Of a stretch of 64,000 bases of DNA, positions 57,757 to 64,000 are shown one piece after another. The stretch comes from an uncultured Bacilli bacterium (lineage in GTDB: Bacteria > Bacillota_I > Bacilli_A > RF39 > UBA660): the NCBI GenBank assembly GCA_934130405.1, contig CAKOXX010000003.1, positions 13,643 through 77,642 of the forward strand, written 5' to 3'. A program made the position numbers and the translations under genes. Under the pieces are notes generated by a model. It searched no databases. It worked only from the letters and a program-made list of their open reading frames with translations, and was not told where the DNA came from. Every line of letters begins with the position of its first letter. Position 1 is the stretch's first letter.

Positions 57757-58026
57757 CTATTCTTCAGAATCCAAAGTATTTTGGTAAGCTTCTAGAATTT
57801 TATCTTGAAACATTGCTCTTACTTCAGGATTGATTGGATGAGCGATATCACGATATCCACCAGTTGGTGTTTTTCTACTTGGCATTGCTATAAACAAACC
57901 ATTTTCTCCTTCAATAATTCTGATATCATGAACTGCAAAACTATCATCCAATAAGACAGATGCAATTCCTCTCATACGAGAGCCTTCTTTGTCAACTTTT
58001 CGTACAGTGACTGATGTAATTTCCAT
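57757..58026 (-). CDS. spoVG: septation/sporulation regulator SpoVG
   Basis: MEITSVTVRKVDKEGSRMRGIASVLLDDSFAVHDIRIIEGENGLFIAMPSRKTPTGGYRDIAHPIN is near-canonical SpoVG. Confidence 0.97.
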   Translation of the reverse strand: MEITSVTVRKVDKEGSRMRGIASVLLDDSFAVHDIRIIEGENGLFIAMPSRKTPTGGYRDIAHPINPEVRAMFQDKILEAYQNTLDSEE

Positions 58027-58066
58027 ATATCTTCCTCCTTTTAAAGCACTGACACTTTATACTTTA

Positions 58067-58095
58067 ATTCTATCTTATCTTTTTTGTAATTGCAA
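58067..58095 (-). promoter_or_regulatory. candidate sigmaA-type promoter of spoVG
   Basis: The minus strand reads TTGCAA-17 nt-TAGAAT, ending about 40 nt upstream of the ATG. Confidence 0.4.
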
Positions 58096-58125
58096 GAAGT
58101 TTATAGGTACTTGACAGCAAACACG

Positions 58126-58344
58126 TCAACTGATTATTTCAACACTTTCTGTTATTAAGTCACTATAACTAAATGACTTGATTTTATTTTCTTCACCTTC
58201 CAATCTAACTAAAAATATTGAAGGATAAAGTTCAATTATTTCTCCATTGAATTCTTCTATTTGGTTTCTACTTCCATTAACTTTAAAGTGTAAAATAGTA
58301 CCTTCTTTTTCTTTTACTTTACTTCTCATACTATCTAGGTTCAT
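58126..58344 (-). CDS. veg: Veg protein (biofilm/sporulation-associated small DNA-binding protein)
   Basis: 72 aa with ...GSRNQIEEFNGEIIELYPSIFLV... matching the Veg family. Position between yabG and spoVG. Confidence 0.85.
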   Translation of the reverse strand: MNLDSMRSKVKEKEGTILHFKVNGSRNQIEEFNGEIIELYPSIFLVRLEGEENKIKSFSYSDLITESVEIIS

Positions 58345-59120
58345 CTTGGATACCCCACATACATAGTACCGTTAGTGATAATTCCACCCATACCAGCACT
58401 TCCATAATGAGTTTTATCTATAAGTGGTATCAAATCAATGGCTTTATTTACAGGAGAAAGAGCTACACAAGAAGCCACTATTGCCGGATCTAAGGCATGA
58501 ATATTTATTCTTTTAGGACTTGAGGCAAAGTTACTTCCTGCCTTTATTAATTCCTCATAGTTTGATTGACAAGCTCCTGCAATTATTATCAATTTATCTT
58601 GATTTTTTTCATACATTCTCGCTTTTTTTATAGCATTAACAAAGTTTTCTGAGTTTTGATAATTTTCTATTTTACTTTTATCTTTGGCATGTTTTTTTAA
58701 GAAATCATGTCCTGTTATTACTACTATATCTGGTTTATATTTTTCTAATGTGTCTGTTATGACATCTTCTATTTCACTTTCTTTAACCTTTATACCATAA
58801 GCTTCTAAATGCATATCTTTATAAAAGTTGATACATCTATCTAAATAAAATTTATCAGAATCAAATTGAACTATTTTACCAGGTAAATAGAAATATTCGT
58901 TTCTATCTAGTGAGATTAAACTTTCTACCTTTTCAATATCTACTCTATCTGTTTCTTTTTTAACTGAAACTTTAGTTAAATCAGTTAACTCACTATCTGC
59001 ATAAAGCCTAACATCTACACCTCTTAGATAAGCTATATCATCTTCTATATCGATTATTTGAAAGACTAAGTCATTATTATAAGATTGCCTAGTTACATAG
59101 TCACCTAACTTAAAATTCAT
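58341..59120 (-). CDS. yabG: sporulation-specific peptidase YabG (U57)
   Basis: FKLGDYVTRQSYNNDLVF.I N-terminus, VVITGHD, GACQS and the GGIITNGT..VGYPR end are typical of YabG. Confidence 0.88.
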   Translation of the reverse strand: MNFKLGDYVTRQSYNNDLVFQIIDIEDDIAYLRGVDVRLYADSELTDLTKVSVKKETDRVDIEKVESLISLDRNEYFYLPGKIVQFDSDKFYLDRCINFYKDMHLEAYGIKVKESEIEDVITDTLEKYKPDIVVITGHDFLKKHAKDKSKIENYQNSENFVNAIKKARMYEKNQDKLIIIAGACQSNYEELIKAGSNFASSPKRINIHALDPAIVASCVALSPVNKAIDLIPLIDKTHYGSAGMGGIITNGTMYVGYPR

Positions 59121-59158
59121 CTAATCACCCAGTAAAGTTTATGCAAGAATAGTTTAAA

Positions 59159-59953
59159 TTATTTATAAAGTTTATTTGCTATATCAACAAATATTTTATA
59201 ATCTAACTGTTCTGCTCTTACACTTAAATCTAGATTATACTTTTCTAAAACTTCACTAACTAATTTTAAATCGTATTTTTTTAAGTTATTTCTTAGTGTT
59301 TTTCTTTTAAATTGAAAGCTATCATGAACTATTTGTTGAAAAAATTCTTCACTCATTAATTTTTCTTTCGTTTCCTTTGGTTTAAATGATACTACTACGC
59401 TATCCACATTTGGTTTGGGAATAAATTCTTCTCTACTTACTAAAAATTCTTTTTTTGTATCAAAGTAATATCTTAATAAAACAGTTAATGCACCATATTC
59501 TTTCTTTCCTGGTGTAGAAGTAAATCTTTCTCCTACCTCTTTTTGTACCATCATCACAATTTTGCTAAAATAAAGACCAGAATTTATTAGTTTAAAAAGT
59601 ATTGGTGTAGTTATATAATAAGGAACATTACTTACAAAATATAAATTTTTATATTGATAATTGGCTAAGTCTTCTTTAATATCTTGTTGCAAAAAGTCTC
59701 CAAAATAGATAGAGATATTATCTGCTCCTCCTAAGTTCCTTATTAATATGTCTTCTAGAGTTTTATCTATTTCGTAACATAATACTTCGCCTTTATCTTT
59801 TAGATATTTAGTTAAGGCTCCTGCTCCTGGTCCTACTTCAATTATCAAAGATTCATCTTTAATATCTGCTGCCTCTACAATTTTTGCTAATACTTTTTCA
59901 TTTTTTAAAAAGTTTTGACCAAATTTTTTCTTAAATTGAAATTTTTCATTCAT
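59159..59953 (-). CDS. rsmA: 16S rRNA (adenine1518/1519-N6)-dimethyltransferase RsmA/KsgA
   Basis: KKKFGQNFL start, SAM motif EVGPGAGALT, and NVPYYITTPI. Confidence 0.95.
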   Translation of the reverse strand: MNEKFQFKKKFGQNFLKNEKVLAKIVEAADIKDESLIIEVGPGAGALTKYLKDKGEVLCYEIDKTLEDILIRNLGGADNISIYFGDFLQQDIKEDLANYQYKNLYFVSNVPYYITTPILFKLINSGLYFSKIVMMVQKEVGERFTSTPGKKEYGALTVLLRYYFDTKKEFLVSREEFIPKPNVDSVVVSFKPKETKEKLMSEEFFQQIVHDSFQFKRKTLRNNLKKYDLKLVSEVLEKYNLDLSVRAEQLDYKIFVDIANKLYK

Positions 59954-60037
59954 ATTAAAACCTCTTTCTCAATGTTGTTATTATATCATAGATATTTTGT
60001 TAAATTTTATAACTTTAACGTATAAAAAAAGAAAAGT

Positions 60038-60472
60038 TTATTTTTTCAACTCTTCCTTAGCTGGTTTAATCATAAATAATATATTAGAAACTGATAAACC
60101 ATATAGCATTATTTTCATATAAGATATAAATGTATTGAAATAGTTAAAATCAATTCCATAACCATATTTTTCATTAAGTACCATATTTTTATCAGCGAAT
60201 GCTCTATAGCCTACTACTATTATTGTAGTAAAAATTATACATGCTGTTAAATTATAAAATATGTTATTATTAACTCCTTTTTGTTTAAATACAAGGTTAA
60301 TTATGAATAATAAGAAGATAATTAAGAATGGAATAAATTCTGGCAGTAATGTTGCAAAGCTTTTTTCTAGTCTAACATTCATTCTTACCATTATAAATAA
60401 GGTAATTGCAAATGCACCTAATAGTAAAATATATTTCAATACCGCAAATATAATATTTAATATTTTCTTCAT
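60038..60472 (-). CDS. hypothetical 4-TM membrane protein, last gene of the sipW operon
   Basis: 144-aa hydrophobic ORF starting 1 nt after the stop of the upstream gene. No family recognised. Confidence 0.5.
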   Translation of the reverse strand: MKKILNIIFAVLKYILLLGAFAITLFIMVRMNVRLEKSFATLLPEFIPFLIIFLLFIINLVFKQKGVNNNIFYNLTACIIFTTIIVVGYRAFADKNMVLNEKYGYGIDFNYFNTFISYMKIMLYGLSVSNILFMIKPAKEELKK

Positions 60473-60473
60473 A

Positions 60474-61163
60474 TTAACCTCCTATTACTTCGTTATGATA
60501 CCAATCTGAAAGCTCTACTAAAAGGTCTAACGTATTTTGATAATTTGTATTAATCGAATTATAACTATCTTTAGCTAAGAAGAAAATACTTGATCTACTT
60601 ATATCATTTGTAAAATAATAATTATCGGCATTTTCTAAACTTGAAGTAATATAACCATTACTTGATAATTGTTCATTAATAGTTGTTTTGATAAATGGTC
60701 TTATATTTTTTAAGCTTTCAATATTAAAACTATTATCTTCATCAATAAAGGTATTTAATTGCATTACAACACAGTCATTTAAAATATTATTTTGATAAAA
60801 TTTTCCTAGTTTATAAACATCTCTTAATTCTACAGTTTGTTTGCTAGCTAATTCTTTATACTCATCACTTTCAAACACTTTAACACAATTATTTAATTTT
60901 ATTTGAATACTATTCATATCATATATATTATTTCTTCCTTGATATGAATTTTGTTGATATGAATTTATATTAGTTTTTATTTTTTCTAGTTTTTCTTTTG
61001 TTTTTTGATCATTAGCAACTACTTCACTGCTAACATCAATTTTTGTACTCAATTCTTTGTAATGATAGAAATTTAAAAATAATAGAAAGAAAGAAAAACC
61101 AAAAACTAAACCAGTTAGTGCGTAAGCAAATATATTTATATATTCCAATAACATTTTTTTCAT
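60474..61163 (-). CDS. hypothetical single-pass membrane protein with an extracytoplasmic domain (sipW operon)
   Basis: 229 aa with an N-terminal TM (FAYALTGLVFGFSFFLLFL). The start overlaps the upstream stop (TAATG). Confidence 0.5.
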   Translation of the reverse strand: MKKMLLEYINIFAYALTGLVFGFSFFLLFLNFYHYKELSTKIDVSSEVVANDQKTKEKLEKIKTNINSYQQNSYQGRNNIYDMNSIQIKLNNCVKVFESDEYKELASKQTVELRDVYKLGKFYQNNILNDCVVMQLNTFIDEDNSFNIESLKNIRPFIKTTINEQLSSNGYITSSLENADNYYFTNDISRSSIFFLAKDSYNSINTNYQNTLDLLVELSDWYHNEVIGG

Positions 61164-61678
61164 TAATTATTCTCCTTTACTATTATATTAACTTTATAGG
61201 CATAACTTTTATTTTCCCAAGTACCTTTTTCAACTGAATCTGGTATATATACTTTAAGTTCATAATTATTAGTCTTACCAGCTATAACATATCTTTCATC
61301 TAAGATATTGTTTTTTACTTTTGCTAAGTTTCCTTTTTTTATAATTTTGCCATTAAGTAATAATTCATAATTTAACTGACTTTTAGAAAGTTTTGCTTCC
61401 GTAATGTTTACTTCTTCAAAAACAACTTTATAAGAACTTTTAAAATCATTTACATTTTTTATACTAAATTTATAATTTGGAACAGATTGTGCTTCGCTTT
61501 CAGTCATTGGTACCAAGTTTTCATTTAATGCTACTTCGTCACTTTCTTTTTGAACCTGCAAAGTATTTATTTTTCCAATATCACCGTAGTAAAAAACCTT
61601 ATACCAAAGAAATGATGTACAAATTACAAAAGCAAAAAGAAGAATTCCTCCCAAAGCAAGAAATATTTTCTTTGTCAT
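61163..61678 (-). CDS. membrane-anchored beta-rich protein, divergent paralog of the secreted family (sipW operon)
   Basis: 171 aa with an N-terminal TM, then LVPMTESEA..VPNYKFSIKNVNDFKSSYKVVF...NYELKVYIPD...KSYAYKVNIIVKE. The block order matches the paralogs upstream of sipW. The start overlaps the sipW stop (TAATG). Confidence 0.6.
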   Translation of the reverse strand: MTKKIFLALGGILLFAFVICTSFLWYKVFYYGDIGKINTLQVQKESDEVALNENLVPMTESEAQSVPNYKFSIKNVNDFKSSYKVVFEEVNITEAKLSKSQLNYELLLNGKIIKKGNLAKVKNNILDERYVIAGKTNNYELKVYIPDSVEKGTWENKSYAYKVNIIVKENN

Positions 61679-62487
61679 TATCTATATCTTCTCCTTTCTG
61701 TTTTTGTATTACTATCTACCTTTTTTGACTTTTCTTTTGATTTTTTTTGCGTTGATATTTCTTTATCTTTATTTTTTTCTTTTAATTGTTCTTTCTTTTC
61801 TTTTAGTTCTTCTTTATTTTTGCTTTCTTTTTGATTATTAGGATCATTTTTAATTGTCTTAATTATTTTAATTATGTCTGCTCCAATAATTCCTACTGTA
61901 GGAACAATAATTAACAAGACCCATCCTACTACACTACTTAATATGTATTGTATATACCCAAGTTTTGGTAAACGTATAAGAACTTTTCCATAAATAGTGT
62001 CAAAGGTTTGTCGTGAGGCATCTTCTGTGTTATTAGCATCTCCCTTTGTTGTAAATAGATACTTACCATCATCTGTCTTTTCTATTTTTCTTACTCTGTG
62101 TGTAACCGTTACTCCAGAACTACGATAATCTGTTGAGTTAAAGGTTATTACGTCTCCGACTTTTATATTTGATGGATCCTTTACTCTCATTGTTACAATT
62201 ACATCCAATACATTTATATTTGGCACCATACTTGGGCTTACTATTGTATAGGCCGATACCAATGGCGGTTTGGTTACACCTTTTTTTAAATTATTTCGTT
62301 GGTCTAAAAAGTTTACAATTATTAGCAAAAAAACTAAAATCATTATTAATAAAACTGAATACATAATAACTGTAAATATATAGTGTACTATTCTTTTCAA
62401 TTTCTCAAAAAAAGAAAGATTAGAAAATGGTACTGTAATAGCTATTTCATTATCTTTCAAATTTATCACCCGCTTATCATTCTCCAC
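61678..62487 (-). CDS. sipW: signal peptidase I, SipW (archaeal/ER S26B) type, with a long charged C-terminal tail
   Basis: VSPSMVPNI (catalytic Ser), VTHRV (His) and TKGDANNTED motifs between two TM segments. A ~70-aa Lys/Glu-rich tail follows TM2. Confidence 0.85.
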   Translation of the reverse strand: MENDKRVINLKDNEIAITVPFSNLSFFEKLKRIVHYIFTVIMYSVLLIMILVFLLIIVNFLDQRNNLKKGVTKPPLVSAYTIVSPSMVPNINVLDVIVTMRVKDPSNIKVGDVITFNSTDYRSSGVTVTHRVRKIEKTDDGKYLFTTKGDANNTEDASRQTFDTIYGKVLIRLPKLGYIQYILSSVVGWVLLIIVPTVGIIGADIIKIIKTIKNDPNNQKESKNKEELKEKKEQLKEKNKDKEISTQKKSKEKSKKVDSNTKTERRRYR

Positions 62488-62533
62488 TATTATAAGTGTA
62501 TCACATCTTTATTTTTTTTAAAATAGAAGTTTA

Positions 62534-63166
62534 TTATTTAGATTTGGCTTTAGCATTAGCATGAAGTGATACTTGAACTGTAAATGTTTTTTGAGTTGCA
62601 TCAACTTTAGTATTTTCATCTACCCACATTCTAAAGCGATAGTTATCAGTTTTACTTGTATCAACTGTATTTTTATATAACAACATTGTTCCTTTTTCAC
62701 TTCCAATAGTTGTTGTTGAAGTTAACGGAACAAAATGTTGAGGTTTCATTACTTCTTCATATTCTCCACCAATTTTCTTTTCTAAATATAGTTTTACTTC
62801 ATTATTTTTTAATGTTGATGTGTCTTGCTTTTGTCCAGAGATTTCATATGTGATAGCTGCATTTCCTTGAATAGTTGATGTTACACTAAAATCAAAATAT
62901 TGATTAGTTCCAGACATTGCTTTACCACTTTCGTCTGTCATCGGCATTGCATTAGTAATCGTTATTCCGTTAGTATCTTCTGTATAGTCTAGTGATATTC
63001 TTCCAGTCGTAATAGAGTTGGTTTTGTCTCCTTTTTTTGTCACTGTTACTGATATGGCAGATATTCCTATTACTAGTAAAATTAAGAGTAATAAAATAAT
63101 AAGTACAAAATATAATTTTTCTCTTTTTTCCTCTTTTAGTTCTTCTTTATTTTCTTCTTTTTTCAT
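62534..63166 (-). CDS. secreted beta-rich protein, family paralog (proximal to sipW)
   Basis: Start moved to MKKEENK (ATG 63166, AGGAGTG SD). Charged N-terminus plus a hydrophobic segment, then ITTGRISLDYTEDTNGITITNAMPMTDESGK...QYFDFSVTSTIQGNAAITYEI...YRFRMWVDE...FTVQVSLHANAKA. Confidence 0.7.
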   Translation of the reverse strand: MKKEENKEELKEEKREKLYFVLIILLLLILLVIGISAISVTVTKKGDKTNSITTGRISLDYTEDTNGITITNAMPMTDESGKAMSGTNQYFDFSVTSTIQGNAAITYEISGQKQDTSTLKNNEVKLYLEKKIGGEYEEVMKPQHFVPLTSTTTIGSEKGTMLLYKNTVDTSKTDNYRFRMWVDENTKVDATQKTFTVQVSLHANAKAKSK

Positions 63167-63220
63167 AAACCAAGACACTCCTATTCTGTTTAAATTGTAG
63201 CATACTTTCATTTTATGGTA

Positions 63221-63249
63221 AAGAAAAAAGTGTCAGAGATTAGACACTT
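63221..63249 (-). terminator. rho-independent terminator after paralog 63261-63863
   Basis: AAGTGTC-N8-GACACTT hairpin followed by TTTTTTCTT on the minus strand. Almost identical to the hairpin at 63938-63959. Confidence 0.7.
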
Positions 63250-63260
63250 AACTATATTTA

Positions 63261-63863
63261 TTATTGAGCATTTGCTTTTCCGTATACATTTACTCTTAGC
63301 TTATATGATTGCTTAGTACTTGTATTAGTATATGTATCAGCAACCCACATTCTTAAACGATAACTAGTTGTTGTTGATGTTTTTGTACTTCCTGATACCA
63401 ATACAAATTGACCAGTTGGAGCTCCACTGGCTTCATTGGAAGCTGTTGGAGTTAGGTTTGATACTAATGTTGGAGCTAACACTACTTTGCTATCATCTCC
63501 ACTAGTTAGGTATACTTTGATTCCAGAATTTAAAGACGAACTTGCAGAATCAATTGAAGCTGTTATAGCATAATTAATTGTTGCAGTACCTTGAACAGTT
63601 GATGTCACTGTAAAGTCAAAAGTATTATTAGTACCAGTCAATTTTTTTCCAGAATCATCAGTCATTGGTAAAGCATCAGTTAGAGCTATACCATTTGTTG
63701 GTTCACTATAACTCATTGTAATAGTACCTGTTGTAACTGTATTTACTTTTGTACCTGTCTTTGAATAAGTGAATGCTGCAAATGATACACCAACTAAAGC
63801 AACCACTAAAATTGCAACTCCTAAGATGGAAACTAGAATCTGTTTTGAATTATTTTCGCTCAT
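63261..63863 (-). CDS. secreted beta-rich protein with a SipW-type (TasA-like) signal peptide
   Basis: Start moved to MSENNSKQ (ATG 63863, AAGGAGG SD). The signal region ILVSILGVAILVVALVGVSFAAFTYSK resembles the ALVGGGT.A.F.D region of TasA/CalY signals. It is followed by TVTTGTITMSYSEPTNGIALTDALPMTDDSGK...FDFTVTSTVQGTATINYAI...YRLRMWVAD...YKLRVNVYGKA. Confidence 0.75.
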   Translation of the reverse strand: MSENNSKQILVSILGVAILVVALVGVSFAAFTYSKTGTKVNTVTTGTITMSYSEPTNGIALTDALPMTDDSGKKLTGTNNTFDFTVTSTVQGTATINYAITASIDSASSSLNSGIKVYLTSGDDSKVVLAPTLVSNLTPTASNEASGAPTGQFVLVSGSTKTSTTTSYRLRMWVADTYTNTSTKQSYKLRVNVYGKANAQ

Positions 63864-63930
63864 TTGTCTAACCTCCTTACAATATAAAGATATCACAAAT
63901 ATTAGGAAATTAACAAGTAAATTTTTCACA

Positions 63931-63960
63931 AAAGAAAAAGTGTCAGTAATTAGACACTTT
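63931..63960 (-). terminator. rho-independent terminator after the partial paralog at the right edge
   Basis: AAGTGTC-N8-GACACTT hairpin plus a T-run on the minus strand. Confidence 0.7.
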
Positions 63961-63969
63961 TATAGGTTA

Positions 63970-64000
63970 TTATTTAGCAGGTGCTTGTCCATAAACATTG
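63970..64000 (-). CDS. C-terminal end of a further family paralog (gene starts beyond the right edge)
   Basis: The minus strand reads ...AAT GTT TAT GGA CAA GCA CCT GCT AAA TAA (NVYGQAPAK-stop). This parallels the ...RVNVYGKANAQ-stop end of the neighbouring paralog. Confidence 0.5.
   Translation of the reverse strand, partial: NVYGQAPAK

Noticed and set aside
1-64000. Scanned for CRISPR arrays, rRNA genes, intact IS/transposase genes, and T-box or riboswitch leaders.
   Set aside because: No regularly spaced direct repeats, rRNA-like conserved blocks or transposase motifs were seen. Intergenic regions upstream of lysS, secA and the transporters are too short or overlap neighbouring genes, leaving no room for leader RNAs.

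Overview
A 64-kb, very AT-rich chromosomal segment from a spore-forming Bacillota (Firmicutes) genome. The tmRNA tag ending ...LAFA and the gene content suggest an Erysipelotrichia/Clostridia-like gut organism, but this is inference only. Every credible gene is on the minus strand: about 65 CDS, one tRNA-Thr and the tmRNA. All plus-strand ORFs in the track look like antisense shadows. The backbone is conserved housekeeping and sporulation synteny. Read in gene direction, right to left, it runs rsmA-yabG-veg-spoVG-yabP-yabQ-divIC-tilS-ftsH-mscL ... dusB-RDD-lysS ... clpC-secA ... prfB (programmed +1 frameshift)-YitT x2-ftsE-ftsX-M23 ... uvrB-rnr-CapA-smpB-ssrA. Several accessory blocks interrupt this backbone. 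(1) 60.0-64.0 kb holds a SipW (archaeal-type signal peptidase) operon. At least three tandem paralogous secreted beta-rich proteins lie upstream of sipW, a fourth paralog and two unknown membrane proteins are translationally coupled downstream, and a fifth orphan paralog sits at 44.3 kb. This is my best candidate for an undescribed TasA/BsaA-like fibre or matrix system. (2) About 8.4 kb of accessory DNA separates secA from prfB. It includes a decayed integrative mobilizable element that appears to have inserted into the secA 3' end. The evidence is a displaced SEC-C coding remnant, integrase and MobC fragments, and TTGCAAACA repeat clusters at both ends. The same block carries a KilA-N pseudogene, GNATs, orphan genes and a bile-salt-hydrolase-like gene. 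(3) A GT2 glycosyltransferase cassette is inserted Campbell-style into the uvrB 5' end. It duplicates 166 bp and leaves the SOS-type promoter driving only a truncated uvrB copy. (4) A sortase-B-like gene without the conserved Arg is coupled to a secreted protein that ends directly in PPKTGV. (5) A dTMP-kinase-like / 398-aa orphan / NUDIX module sits next to ssrA. (6) Tandem orphan paralogs lie between dusB and mscL. No CRISPR array, rRNA or intact transposase was seen.
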